This document shows, one piece after another, positions 10,198 through 19,972 of a stretch of 64,000 nt of DNA. The stretch covers positions 224,001 to 288,000 of the forward strand of contig CAXWPH010000014.1 in assembly GCA_963666055.2 (NCBI GenBank), given 5' to 3'. Positions within the stretch are counted from its first letter, which is position 1. Every line of letters begins with the position of its first letter. The position numbers and the translations under genes are program-made. Source of the DNA: Acidobacteriota bacterium. Lineage in GTDB: Bacteria; Acidobacteriota; UBA890; WLXD01. Under the pieces are notes generated by a model that was not told the origin of the DNA, ran no database searches, and was given only the letters and a program-made list of their open reading frames with translations.

Positions 10198-10956
10198 TCA
10201 GATGCCGGTCGGCAAGTCGATCCAACGCGCTTCGATGCCGAAACGCTCCGCCACCAAGTCGCCCACCGCCCGTACGCCGAAGGTCTCGGTCGCATAATGT
10301 CCTGCAAAGATGCAGTTGAGCCCAGCCTCCCGAGCATCGTGATAGGCCGAATGGCGCGGCTCACCGGTGATAAAACAATCGGCGCCGAGCGCCACAGCGT
10401 CATCGAGGACGCTGCACCCGCTACCGGTTACCACCGCGATCGTGCGCACCTCGTCGGCGCCAAACGCCCACATCAGCTGATCGTCGCAGCCGACAGCGGC
10501 CAGCCGACCGGCTAGTGTCGCCAGCGGAAGCGCCTCCGGCAGGCGAGCCAGGGTACCCACCAGCACACCGTTATGGTCGCCGAAGTGCGACTCGGGTACC
10601 GCCTGCAAGGCGCCGGCGAGCAACGCGTTGTTGCCCACCTCGGGGTGCAGGTCCAATGGTAGATGGGCCGCGTAGATCGACACTCCGCTGGCGTAGCACT
10701 GGCCGACGCGGGCGCCCAAGCGACCCCTGAGAGGCGCGCGATCGCCCCATAGCAGCCCGTGGTGGGCGATCATCAGCTGACACCCAGCGTTGGCGGCCAT
10801 CGTGATCGTCTCGGCCGCCGCATCGACCGCCACGGCAAGACGCTCTACTTGCTCGGAAGCCTCGACCTGAAGACCGTTCAGCGAGACGTCCGGCACCGCG
10901 TCGATGTCGAGGTAAGCGTTCAAAAAGGCGGCGATGTCGGCGAGCGGCGCTGCCAT
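10198..10956 (-). CDS. Nif3/YbgI-like dinuclear metal centre protein
   Basis: 'NGLQV', 'AHHGL', 'AHLPLDLHPEVGNN', 'ITGE', 'AGHYATE'. Confidence 0.92.
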   Translation of the reverse strand: MAAPLADIAAFLNAYLDIDAVPDVSLNGLQVEASEQVERLAVAVDAAAETITMAANAGCQLMIAHHGLLWGDRAPLRGRLGARVGQCYASGVSIYAAHLPLDLHPEVGNNALLAGALQAVPESHFGDHNGVLVGTLARLPEALPLATLAGRLAAVGCDDQLMWAFGADEVRTIAVVTGSGCSVLDDAVALGADCFITGEPRHSAYHDAREAGLNCIFAGHYATETFGVRAVGDLVAERFGIEARWIDLPTGI

Positions 10957-10994
10957 GCGGGTCTCCGGGTGTCGGGGCTCGCGGCTACCTTACT

Positions 10995-12311
10995 TCAAGA
11001 ACCGTCCGTCGACGGAGACCATGGTCCGGCTATCGCCAGCGCATACGCATCCGGGTACAGCAACTCGTGCGCCGCAGCCTGTACCGCTTCTGTATCGACG
11101 CGATTCACGTAGCCCACCAGCCGCTCTAGGTAGTCGAGACCAAGATCGAACATCTCGATCTCATGCAGTAGCCCGGCCGCCCCCTCGTTGCTTTCGAGCG
11201 CTCGCGGCAAGGCCCGAATGGTAGCGGCCTTGGCGTTGTCGAGCTCGTCGGCGGTGACCGGCTCGGCCCGGATGCGCCGGATCTCCGCGAGCATCGCCTC
11301 GACGGCGGCTTCGACATGCTGTGGCTGAACACCGGCGCGAACCACGAACGGCCCTGGACCGAGGCCCGCAGCGAAGGCGCTGTACGTGTAGTATGCCATA
11401 CCCTGCTCTTCGCGCACCGCGCGCCCCAGCCGGCCGCCCATTGCGAATCGACCGAGGATTGTGTTCATCAGGGCAGCGGCATAGTAGCGCTCGTCACTAC
11501 GCCGGATCGAAGCATGGCCGAGGGCGATATCGACCTGCGCCTTGTCGGGCATCGCCGCGACGTGACGTTGGACCTCTTGCGGTGGCGCGACGTCGGCAAC
11601 CGCACATTGCGCTTGTCGATACCCGCCGCGAGGTGCGTCGTCGATCCAGCCGTCAAAGGCGTCGTGGGCGATTGCCAAGGCGGCGTCGGCATCGACGTTG
11701 CCGGCGACCACCAGCAGCGCCGCCGACGGACCGAAGAACCGTGCGTGGAATGCTCGGAGATCGTCTGCCCGGATCCCCTCGACCGTCGCCAAGGTCCCCC
11801 GCACGCGAGCCGCGTACGGGTGGCCGTCCGGGTATGCCAGCTCGCGCAGGGCGTGCATTGCCACGACGGCCGGGTCATCGCAATCTTCTCGGAGCGCGGT
11901 CAGACGGTCGCCGAGGAGCTTGGAGACCTCGGGATCGGGGAAAGTCGGACGCCGCGCACACTCCGCCAGCAGGCCCATGACCTCGGGCATGTCCTCGGCG
12001 CGTGACTTGGCTACCAAGCCGGCCGTATGGCGTCCCGCAGTGCCGCCAAGGTGGGCACCCCGAAAGTCGAGCACCTCGCCTACCGCAGCCTTGTCGCGCA
12101 GCTCGGTTCCACGCGTGAGCCCCCTTGCCATGAGCGTCGCCAGCCCCGCCTGCTCTGCCGGCTCGAAGCAGGCGCCAGCAGCAACGCTGAGGCTGAGGGT
12201 CACCGCCGAAGACGCATGGTTGGACTGGTGCATCACCACCAGTCCGTTGTCGAGCTGCGTGCGGGTGGGCGCAAATCCGGCGGTCACGAGTCCCTCCGCG
12301 GCACGAACCAC
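10995..12311 (-). CDS. M16 (pitrilysin/insulinase) peptidase family subunit lacking HxxEH
   Basis: 'LDNGL', 'GLATLMARGLTRGT', 'RLGRAVREEQGMAYY' (R/Y substrate pair). No HxxEH motif. Confidence 0.88.
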   Translation of the reverse strand: MVRAAEGLVTAGFAPTRTQLDNGLVVMHQSNHASSAVTLSLSVAAGACFEPAEQAGLATLMARGLTRGTELRDKAAVGEVLDFRGAHLGGTAGRHTAGLVAKSRAEDMPEVMGLLAECARRPTFPDPEVSKLLGDRLTALREDCDDPAVVAMHALRELAYPDGHPYAARVRGTLATVEGIRADDLRAFHARFFGPSAALLVVAGNVDADAALAIAHDAFDGWIDDAPRGGYRQAQCAVADVAPPQEVQRHVAAMPDKAQVDIALGHASIRRSDERYYAAALMNTILGRFAMGGRLGRAVREEQGMAYYTYSAFAAGLGPGPFVVRAGVQPQHVEAAVEAMLAEIRRIRAEPVTADELDNAKAATIRALPRALESNEGAAGLLHEIEMFDLGLDYLERLVGYVNRVDTEAVQAAAHELLYPDAYALAIAGPWSPSTDGS

Positions 12312-13576
12312 CCCACCGTCCTCGCCTCGGGCCGCAGAAACCGCGCCGCGGCGCGTCGGACATCCGTGGCTGTTGTCGCCTCTACCGCGTTCGGCACCGC
12401 ATCCAGTGCGTCGATTGTGGCGATCGTCGCAAAATAACCGAGCTGATGTGCCACGTCGGTGACGCGTTCGGACTCGAACGCCAGCGCCGACAGCACCTGG
12501 TTCTTCGCCTTGTGGAGGGCTCGGTCGTCAACATCCTGGGTCGCCAATCCCTCCACCGATTCGGTCAGCGCTTCCTCGGCGCGCCGCGGCTCCACCCCGT
12601 CACGCAGTGTCGCCGAGAAGCCATAGAGGTAGGGCTCCTCAGTAGGCAGCACAGCCGAGCTGATCGACACCACCAGCTCGCTGTCTACCAGCGCCCCGTA
12701 GAGCGGCGACGTAACCCGCGCGTTGCGACCAAAGCCGCCACTCCAGAGGTTGATCCCCTTGCCGCCCGACAACAGTGCGTCGGCTACCAGCAAGGGCACG
12801 AAGTCGCTGTCCGAGAAGGCCGGTGCTCCATAGACGACCTGCAAATACGCCGCCGTGCCAGGCCGCTCGAGCACGACACGACGCTCGCCGTCCTGTCGGG
12901 GCTCATGCACGTTCTGGTACGGAGTGATCTCGGCGGCCGGAATACCACCGAAACGGCGCCTGGCCGCATCGACTGCCGCGTCCGCATCGACATCGCCAAC
13001 TACCACCAGGGTCGCGTTACCCGGATGGTAATACTGCCTGTAATGAGCAAACAGGTCGTCCCGCGTCATCGCCTCCAGATCGCTCTGCCAGCCGATGGTC
13101 GGCCACCGGTAGGGGTGCATGCGTAACGCCGCCGCAGTGACATCGATGTCGAGCAGGTACTCCGGGCTGTTGCTGTTGCCGTGCATCTCGGCAAGCACGA
13201 CCGTGCGCTCAGATTCGAACTCTTTCGGCTCGTATAGGCATTCCGTCATGCGATCGGACTCGATCCGCAAGGCCAGGTCGAGCTCGTCTGCGGCCAGGGT
13301 CTCGAAGTAAGTCGTCTGGTCGATCCACGTGTAGCCATTCCAGCTGCCGCCGGCGCGCTCGACCCACACTTTCAGATCCTCGCGAGAGATGTTCGCCGTG
13401 CCCTTGAAATTCATGTGCTCCGCAAAGTGCGAGGCTCCGGTCAGCCCCGGCGCCTCGTTCTTCGAGCCCACGTGGTACCAACACCAGACCGACACCAACG
13501 GCGCATTGTGTAGCGGTTGCACCACGACTCGCAGGCCGTTGTCGAGCGTCGCCTGAACCCGGCGATCAGCGGTCAT
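12284..13576 (-). CDS. M16 peptidase family subunit with zinc-binding motif
   Basis: 'WYHVGSKNE..TGASHFAEHMNFKGT' (HxxEH), 'HPYRWPTIGW'. ATG 13576 follows GGAGGGGAG. Confidence 0.92.
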   Translation of the reverse strand: MTADRRVQATLDNGLRVVVQPLHNAPLVSVWCWYHVGSKNEAPGLTGASHFAEHMNFKGTANISREDLKVWVERAGGSWNGYTWIDQTTYFETLAADELDLALRIESDRMTECLYEPKEFESERTVVLAEMHGNSNSPEYLLDIDVTAAALRMHPYRWPTIGWQSDLEAMTRDDLFAHYRQYYHPGNATLVVVGDVDADAAVDAARRRFGGIPAAEITPYQNVHEPRQDGERRVVLERPGTAAYLQVVYGAPAFSDSDFVPLLVADALLSGGKGINLWSGGFGRNARVTSPLYGALVDSELVVSISSAVLPTEEPYLYGFSATLRDGVEPRRAEEALTESVEGLATQDVDDRALHKAKNQVLSALAFESERVTDVAHQLGYFATIATIDALDAVPNAVEATTATDVRRAAARFLRPEARTVGWFVPRRDS

Positions 13577-13973
13577 CTCCCCTCCCTTCGTCGGAACCTT
13601 CCGCGAAGATGTCCGGGGCATAGCGTCGCATGAGCGCCTTCGTGCCACCGTTGATCGGCGCAAATGCCCGCTGCCCCACGTGTACCCGCCAGCGATAGTT
13701 GATGCCCGTATCACGCGGGACGCAATGAACGTCAAGCGTTCCGTAGAAGCTCGAAAGCACCTCCGCCGTGCAGTTGAGATCACCCTCGTCGTCGGCGATG
13801 AACTCTCCCAGCGGCGCCTGTCCACCGGCCTCGAAGGCTGTTACCACCTCGATCGATCGGCGAATGTCGCCTGCCCGATACATCCGGTTCACAGTGTAGA
13901 GGGTCGCTAATCCGAGGATCGCCGCGGGGATCACCAGGAACCAGTTGTCGCGTCCGATATGAAATCGTGCCAT
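13566..13973 (-). CDS. Hypothetical protein with N-terminal transmembrane anchor
   Basis: 135 aa with hydrophobic 'WFLVIPAAILGLATLYTV'. Overlaps the M16 gene start, so probably co-transcribed. Confidence 0.6.
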   Translation of the reverse strand: MARFHIGRDNWFLVIPAAILGLATLYTVNRMYRAGDIRRSIEVVTAFEAGGQAPLGEFIADDEGDLNCTAEVLSSFYGTLDVHCVPRDTGINYRWRVHVGQRAFAPINGGTKALMRRYAPDIFAEGSDEGRGDDR

Positions 13974-13984
13974 TCGTTGCCTGG

Positions 13985-14259
13985 TAGCAAGGTGCTGAAG
14001 AACTCTGGTGGGTCTGGCGCGTGGGTCCTGCTGGCGAGATCAAGAAGGAGCGACGACGGCGATACCAGGGCGCATCGTCAAGGAGCTCTGACGCTGAGAT
14101 CGCCGGCAACCCCCAGGCCCCTACGGGTTACGGCGTCGTGGGGCCATCTGCAGTGTTGGTCCTCCTGGACGATACAACAAGCATTGCCTGCGTCGCGCCG
14201 CCTTGCATCCGGCCCCACGACGCCGTAACCAGACCCACCGGTTTTTCAGCACCCTGCTA
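13985..14259. mobile_element. MITE-like palindromic element, copy 1 (~275 bp)
   Basis: Near-perfect terminal inverted repeats TAGCAAGGTGCTGAAGAACTCTGGTGGGTCTGG / CCAGACCCACCGGTTTTTCAGCACCCTGCTA. Internal 20-bp stem GGTTACGGCGTCGTGGGGCC / GGCCCCACGACGCCGTAACC. Homologous copy at 49326-49605. No transposase. Confidence 0.8.
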
Positions 14260-15651
14260 TACGACCAGGCCGGCCACGAGGTACAACAGCACCGCGATAC
14301 CTCCGCCCGCCAGCGCGTACGGAATCTGCGTGGTGACATGCTCTATGTGGTCGCATCCGGCCGACATCGACGAGACCACGGTGGTATCAGAGATCGGTGA
14401 GCAATGGTCGCCGAAGATCCCGCCACCCATCACCGCCGCCACGGCCAGTGGCACCGAAGAGCCGCTCTGAAGCGCCAGCGGAACAGCGATTGGTATGAGG
14501 ATGGCGAACGTGCCCCACGAGCTGCCGGTGGAGAAGGCGATTACGCATCCGGTGCCGAAGACGACCGGCGCCACGGTGATCGACGTCAAGAGCGGCGCCG
14601 CGATCGACGCCACCCAGGGCCCGGTGCCGAGCGCCCGACAGACTGCTCCGATGCCGAGCGCCAGCGTCAGAATCGCGGCCACAGGCACAAGCTCCTGAAA
14701 GCCCCGTATGGCCGAATTAGTCATCTCGGCGAACGAGAACAGCCCCTGCGCCCGATACAGCAGCATCGCCGCCAGCACGCCGCACGACGTCGCTAACAAT
14801 ACGGCGGTCGAGGCCGAGCCCTGTAGCCACTCGCCGGCTCCGGTGATGTACAGGACCACCGGCACCATGACCACCGTGACCACCACCGGCAAGACCAGAT
14901 TGCGCGCTTTCTTGCCCTGCTCGGGCGCGCGCTCGTCGAGATCTACCGTCGGGCCATCGACGCGGCCGGCGCCCTCCGCGGCCGCAGCCTCGGCTCTCGC
15001 CATGGGCCCGTAGTCGCGCCCGCTCAGCGCCACCAGGAAAACCGTCGCAAGTGCCAGCAGCGCATAGAAGTTGAGCGGGATAGCGGCCATCAGCACACCC
15101 AGCGGGTCGGCGAGCCCTTCGGCGGCGAGCAAGCTGATGATCAACGCACCCCAAGCGTTGATCGGGATCAGCATACAAATAGGTGCGGATGTCGAGTCGC
15201 ACACGTACGCGAGCTTGGCGCGCGAAAGGCCGACGCGATCGTAGAGCGGACGCGACACGGTGCCAGTTACGAGGCATGTGATGTTCGACTCGATGAAGAT
15301 CGCCATCCCGAGAAACGCCGAGATCAGCTGGGCGGAGCGCTTGCCGCGTACCCAACCGCGCGTTATCGCCCATTCGGCAAAGCCAGCGACTCCGCCGGAT
15401 TCACGCAACAGCACGATCAAGGCACCCACCATCAAGGTGAACATCAGCGTACGCGCGTTATCGGCATCGGAAATCACGCCGACGAGCTGTTCGATAGCGG
15501 TGGCGGCGCCAGCTAGCGGATTGAAGCCGGCAAGGATCGTGGTACCGATCCAGATCCCGGCGAACAGCGACAGGTGCACCTGGCGGGTCCGCAAGGCCAT
15601 GACGATGGCCAGGATCGGGGGCGCTATGGACAGCCAGCCATACGTCGACAT
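14257..15651 (-). CDS. Na+/H+ antiporter NhaC-family membrane transporter
   Basis: 'SRAKLAYVCDSTSAP', 'AFSTGSSWGTFAILIP', 'FGDHCSPISDTT..SS', 'HVTTQIPYA'. Stop codon lies in the MITE end. Confidence 0.9.
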   Translation of the reverse strand: MSTYGWLSIAPPILAIVMALRTRQVHLSLFAGIWIGTTILAGFNPLAGAATAIEQLVGVISDADNARTLMFTLMVGALIVLLRESGGVAGFAEWAITRGWVRGKRSAQLISAFLGMAIFIESNITCLVTGTVSRPLYDRVGLSRAKLAYVCDSTSAPICMLIPINAWGALIISLLAAEGLADPLGVLMAAIPLNFYALLALATVFLVALSGRDYGPMARAEAAAAEGAGRVDGPTVDLDERAPEQGKKARNLVLPVVVTVVMVPVVLYITGAGEWLQGSASTAVLLATSCGVLAAMLLYRAQGLFSFAEMTNSAIRGFQELVPVAAILTLALGIGAVCRALGTGPWVASIAAPLLTSITVAPVVFGTGCVIAFSTGSSWGTFAILIPIAVPLALQSGSSVPLAVAAVMGGGIFGDHCSPISDTTVVSSMSAGCDHIEHVTTQIPYALAGGGIAVLLYLVAGLVV

Positions 15652-15758
15652 GGATCTGCTTGGTAAGGGCGGTTTCGGGGCCGGGAGGGCGGCTATGTTA
15701 CCCCGCTGTCCGTGGCCCTGCCGAAATCGCGCTGGCCACACTGGTACACTCGCGAACG

Positions 15759-16508
15759 ATGACCACCCCCGCCGCACAGCTGGGCTACTACCACGGCGCC
15801 GAGCGCCTCCGGTACGTCGGCAGCTCGGCGGTCACGATGCTGGCGACGATCGTTCTCGGCACAGCGGAAATCCTCGTCTCGCTATTCGCCGCGCGTGACA
15901 CCATGACTCACGCCTGTGCCCGAATCTGGGGTGGCGCGATCCTGTGGATCCACGGTGTCGTGGTGGAAACCGAAGGCAGCGAGAATCTCGACCCCGACGC
16001 AGCCTACGTGCTCGTCGGCAACCACCAGTCGGCCCTCGACATCCCGGCCTTGCTGGTGGGATTGCCCGTGCCCTTCCGCTTGCCGCCTAGGGGATCGCTG
16101 TTCGGCATCCCGTTCGTCGGCTGGTACCTGCGACACGTCGGGTGCATGCGGGTGAACGCGGGCGCCGACGACTCGGTCGCCGAGGCACTCTCGAGTGCCC
16201 GGCAGGAAACCGCCGGGTCGATATCCACCGTCATCTTCGCCGCAGACACCCACACCGCCGAAGGAGAGCTACCGCGCTTCTGGAAGGGCGGCGCCGACCT
16301 AGCGTGTGCGGTTCGCGTGCCAATCGTGCCGCTGGTGCTGGTGAACAGCGGTGACCTCATGCCGATCGGCAGGCGCTTCGCGGATCCCGGCAGCATTCAG
16401 CTGCGGATCGGTGCACCGATAGAGCCCGATCCTCAAGTCTCCGCGAGCGATGTGGCCGCCGCGGTCGGTGATGCCGTAGCCGCGCTCAGGATGGCGCACG
16501 CCCGATGA
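15759..16508 (+). CDS. Lysophospholipid (PlsC-like) acyltransferase, atypical
   Basis: HX4D motif 'NHQSALD' and 'VPIVP'. The usual FPEGTR block reads 'FAADTHT'. Confidence 0.75.
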   Translation: MTTPAAQLGYYHGAERLRYVGSSAVTMLATIVLGTAEILVSLFAARDTMTHACARIWGGAILWIHGVVVETEGSENLDPDAAYVLVGNHQSALDIPALLVGLPVPFRLPPRGSLFGIPFVGWYLRHVGCMRVNAGADDSVAEALSSARQETAGSISTVIFAADTHTAEGELPRFWKGGADLACAVRVPIVPLVLVNSGDLMPIGRRFADPGSIQLRIGAPIEPDPQVSASDVAAAVGDAVAALRMAHAR

Positions 16509-17214
16509 TTCCACTGCGCGATGACAACCCGACGGATAACACACCTTGGGTGACCTATCTGCTATTTGGCGCCAATCTGGCGGTCTTCGTCTTCCAGCTG
16601 CAGGTGCGAATAACGGGCGGCGACCAGGCGTATTTGGCACTGGTCACACGGCTTGGGCTAGTTCCCGTCGCCCTGACCTCGCCGGCGCAGTGGATGCAGA
16701 TGCCCATCCCGGCACGGCTGACACTACTGACCTCGATGTTCGTGCACGGTGACCTGTTCCACCTGGGCGGCAACATGCTCTACCTGTGGGTATTCGCCGA
16801 CAACGTCGAGGACCGCCTCGGCTCGGTTCGCTTTCTGGCCTTCTACCTACTGTGCGGACTCAGTGCAGCGGGCGCGCAAGTGGTCCTCATGCCCGACAGC
16901 ACCATTCCGATGGTAGGCGCGAGCGGCGCCATCGCCGGGGTCCTGGGTGCCTACATGTTCCTGTACCCGACGGCCCGTGTGTTGACCCTCGTAGTCCTGG
17001 TGATCTTCATCCGCATCATGTACCTGCCGTCCATCTTGCTGTTGGGAATCTGGTTCCTGATTCAGCTTTGGTCGGCAAGCAGCGGCGGCACGGCGGGGTG
17101 GCGTGGTACGCGCACGTCGGCGGGTTCGTGGCCGGCCTGGTGCTCGTCGGAGTCTTCGCCAAGCGGGCGCGGCACCAGCGGCCGAGAGTCGAGACCTATC
17201 GACAGCGCCCGTAG
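16505..17214 (+). CDS. Rhomboid intramembrane serine protease, frameshifted near 17090 in this sequence
   Basis: 'MIPLRDDNP', 'HLGGNMLYLWVF.DNVED', catalytic 'GASGA'. The C-terminal 'GGVAWYAHVGGF' (catalytic His) continues in the 16786..17214 frame. Confidence 0.85.
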
Positions 17215-17221
17215 CCGGCCG

Positions 17222-18097
17222 TTAGCTCGAAAGCACCTCGAGAGCCTTGGCGCCAATGTCCGACGGGCTGGCCACGACGTGGGCACCAGCATCTTGCAGT
17301 GCCTTCATCTTCTCCGCCGCCGTCCCCTTGCCGCCCGCGATGATGGCGCCCGCGTGCCCCATGCGCTTGCCGGGCGGGGCAGTCTGTCCGGCGATAAAAC
17401 AAACCACCGGCAGCGCGTAGTCGTCGGCAATATACTCTGCGGCCTCCTCCTCGCCGCTGCCGCCGATCTCGCCGATCAATACTACGGCCTCCGTCTGCTC
17501 GTCCTCGGCGAACAGCTCCAGGCAGTCGCGGAAGGTCGTGCCGATCACCGGGTCACCACCGATACCGATGCATGTCGTTTGGCCGAGACCGGCACGCGTC
17601 AGCTGGTCTACCGCCTCATAGGTGAGCGTGCCGGAACGTGAGATCACCCCGACACGCCCTGGCTGATGCACGAACCCCGGCATGATGCCGACCTTGCACT
17701 TACCCGGCGAGATTACGCCCGGACAGTTGGGACCAATGAGCCTGGTACCCCGTCCGTTGCAGTAGCCGACAACGGCGACCATATCGAGCGTCGGAATACC
17801 CTCGGTGATGCAGATGACCAGTCGCAACCCGGCATCAGCCGCCTCCATTACCGCGTCGGGAGCGAACCGCGGCGGAACGAACACCAGGGAGATCTCCGCT
17901 TCGGTCTCGCGCGTCGCGTCGAGCACCGTGTCGTATACCGGCACCGTGTCGTCGAAGCGAGTGCCGCCTTTCCCGGGTGTCACTCCGGCGACAATGCGGG
18001 TGCCGTACTCGATGCACTGGCGGCTATGAAACGAGCCTTCCGTACCGGTGATCCCTTGAACGAGGACGCGCGTGTCCGCGTCAACCAGGATGCTCAA
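17222..18097 (-). CDS. sucD: Succinyl-CoA synthetase alpha subunit
   Basis: 'VQGITG', 'GPNCPG', '[10 protein letters not shown]', 'GIGGDP', 'RMGHAGA'. Confidence 0.97.
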   Translation of the reverse strand: MSILVDADTRVLVQGITGTEGSFHSRQCIEYGTRIVAGVTPGKGGTRFDDTVPVYDTVLDATRETEAEISLVFVPPRFAPDAVMEAADAGLRLVICITEGIPTLDMVAVVGYCNGRGTRLIGPNCPGVISPGKCKVGIMPGFVHQPGRVGVISRSGTLTYEAVDQLTRAGLGQTTCIGIGGDPVIGTTFRDCLELFAEDEQTEAVVLIGEIGGSGEEEAAEYIADDYALPVVCFIAGQTAPPGKRMGHAGAIIAGGKGTAAEKMKALQDAGAHVVASPSDIGAKALEVLSS

Positions 18098-19275
18098 CCA
18101 GATCCTCCGCCGGCCGCATCCACAGCCTTCCGCGCCGCCTCTTGAAGGGTTTCAGCAACCATGAACTCGAGCTCCGAGTTACGTAGGATCTCGCGCCCTT
18201 CCTCAGCGTTGGTGCCTTGGAGTCGAACCACGACGGGAACCTTCACCTCGACCGTGTCCAACGCCTCGATCACACCCTGCGCTACTCGATCGCCCCGCAC
18301 GATGCCGCCGAAGATGTTGATCAACACCGCCTTCACCTGCTCGCCCTTCATCAGGATTCGAAACGCGTTGGCGACGCGCTCGACCGACGCGCCGCCGCCC
18401 ACATCCAGAAAGTTGGCGGGGAATCCTCCGGCGTTGCTGATCTCGTCCATCGTGCCCATCGCCAACCCGGCGCCGTTCACCATGCAGCCCACGGTGCCGT
18501 CGAGCGCTACGTAGCTCAGAGAATGCTCCGATGCTTCGAGCTCGAGCGGATCCTCCTCGCTGCTGTCGCGCAACTCGGCCAGATCCGCATGGCGGTACAA
18601 GGCGTTCTCGTCGAGCACGATCTTGGCGTCGAGCACGATGACCTCGCCGTCCGGCCCGATCACCAGTGGGTTGATCTCAACGAGCGCAGCATCGAGCTCG
18701 TCATAGGCACGCGCCAGCTTCATGATCGTTGCAGCAACTCGGCGAGCCACGCGACCGTCGAGGCCAAGCCGGTAGGCGAGGCGCGCCGCCTGGAACGGAC
18801 GCAGCCCCCATCCGGGAACGCAGGGCTCCTTGAGAATCGCCTCCGGGTTGCGCGCGGCGACCTCCTCGATCTCGACGCCGCCCTCGGCGGATGCGATCAC
18901 CACCGGGCAGCGAGCCGACCGGTCGATGGTGAGCCCGAGGTAGAGCTCGTTGGCAATATCGGCGCCAGCCTCGATCAATACCTGGCGCACGAGCACGCCT
19001 TGGGGTCCGGTCTGTGGCGTGATCAGCGCGTTCCCCAGCATGGCTCCAGCGAATTCACTTGCCTGTTGCGGGGTGTCGGCAAGCTTGATGCCGCCGCCCT
19101 TGCCACGCCCGCCAGCGTGTACCTGAGCCTTCACCGCAAAGCGCGTTGCCCCCTCGGCGGCGAGTTTCTCGGCGACCTCGCGAGCCTCGTCGGCACTCGT
19201 CGCCACCGCACTCGCGAGAACGTTCAACCCGCGCTGACGCAGCAGCTCTTTCGACTGGTACTCGTGCAGCTTCAA
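18094..19275 (-). CDS. sucC: Succinyl-CoA synthetase beta subunit
   Basis: '[11 protein letters not shown]', '[14 protein letters not shown]', 'NGAGLAM', 'NFLDVGGG', 'NIFGGI'. TTG start overlaps the bioY stop. Confidence 0.96.
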   Translation of the reverse strand: MKLHEYQSKELLRQRGLNVLASAVATSADEAREVAEKLAAEGATRFAVKAQVHAGGRGKGGGIKLADTPQQASEFAGAMLGNALITPQTGPQGVLVRQVLIEAGADIANELYLGLTIDRSARCPVVIASAEGGVEIEEVAARNPEAILKEPCVPGWGLRPFQAARLAYRLGLDGRVARRVAATIMKLARAYDELDAALVEINPLVIGPDGEVIVLDAKIVLDENALYRHADLAELRDSSEEDPLELEASEHSLSYVALDGTVGCMVNGAGLAMGTMDEISNAGGFPANFLDVGGGASVERVANAFRILMKGEQVKAVLINIFGGIVRGDRVAQGVIEALDTVEVKVPVVVRLQGTNAEEGREILRNSELEFMVAETLQEAARKAVDAAGGGSG

Positions 19276-19847
19276 CGCGTCGACAACGGATTGGGCCAAC
19301 GCCGTACAGCGGCCGAAGCCAGCAGGATCTTGAGGGAGTCGCCGGGGACGAACGGCGCCACACCCATCAGGAACGCCTGTACAGGCGACAGGTCCAGCAG
19401 CAGCGCAAGGTGGAGAGCTCCGCACGTGAGTATGATGACGGACGCGACCACCATCGAGCCCGCCGTGCGTCGCCAGGACTGCGAGCGCCCGCTCAGGAGC
19501 GTGCTGAGCACGATGGCCGCCACGAACCAGCCGAGAAGGTAGCCGCCGGTGGCGCCAGTGAACGCCGCCAGCCCGCCGCGCCAGCCAGACAGAATCGGTA
19601 CCCCCAGGATCGCCAGACCGACATACAGCACCAGGCCTGGAAGCACCGCGCGCCGGCCGAGCCAAGCCGCACCGACGTAGAGCACCAGGGTTTGCAGGGT
19701 GATCGGTACCGGGGTGAACGGCAGAGGAATACGGATCTGCGCGGCCACTGCCAGCGCCGCGGCGAAGGCAACCGAAAGCGCCAGCAAACGAGCCACCGAA
19801 ACCACGTCGTCACGAGCTCCGAGCACACTGGATTCAGCGGTGTTCAC
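19272..19847 (-). CDS. bioY: Biotin transporter BioY
   Basis: 'PFTPVPITLQT', 'GATGGYLLG', 'PFVPGDSLK'. GTG 19847 follows GGAGG. Confidence 0.9.
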   Translation of the reverse strand: MNTAESSVLGARDDVVSVARLLALSVAFAAALAVAAQIRIPLPFTPVPITLQTLVLYVGAAWLGRRAVLPGLVLYVGLAILGVPILSGWRGGLAAFTGATGGYLLGWFVAAIVLSTLLSGRSQSWRRTAGSMVVASVIILTCGALHLALLLDLSPVQAFLMGVAPFVPGDSLKILLASAAVRRWPNPLSTR

Positions 19848-19972
19848 GGCTGTACCTCCAACGGTTTCAACGGTAGCGAACACACCGATCAGTGCGGCTA
19901 CTGCGGGCAAGCAGCGAGGCTACCATGGCCGGATCGCGGGTCAAACAGCTCCCGATCCCCGGCTCATGTGAC

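Noticed and set aside
10995-13973. M16 pair plus small upstream ORF as a PqqF/G-like RiPP maturation system
   Set aside because: The 135-aa ORF looks like a membrane-anchored globular protein, and no modifying enzymes are nearby. M16 heterodimers are common.
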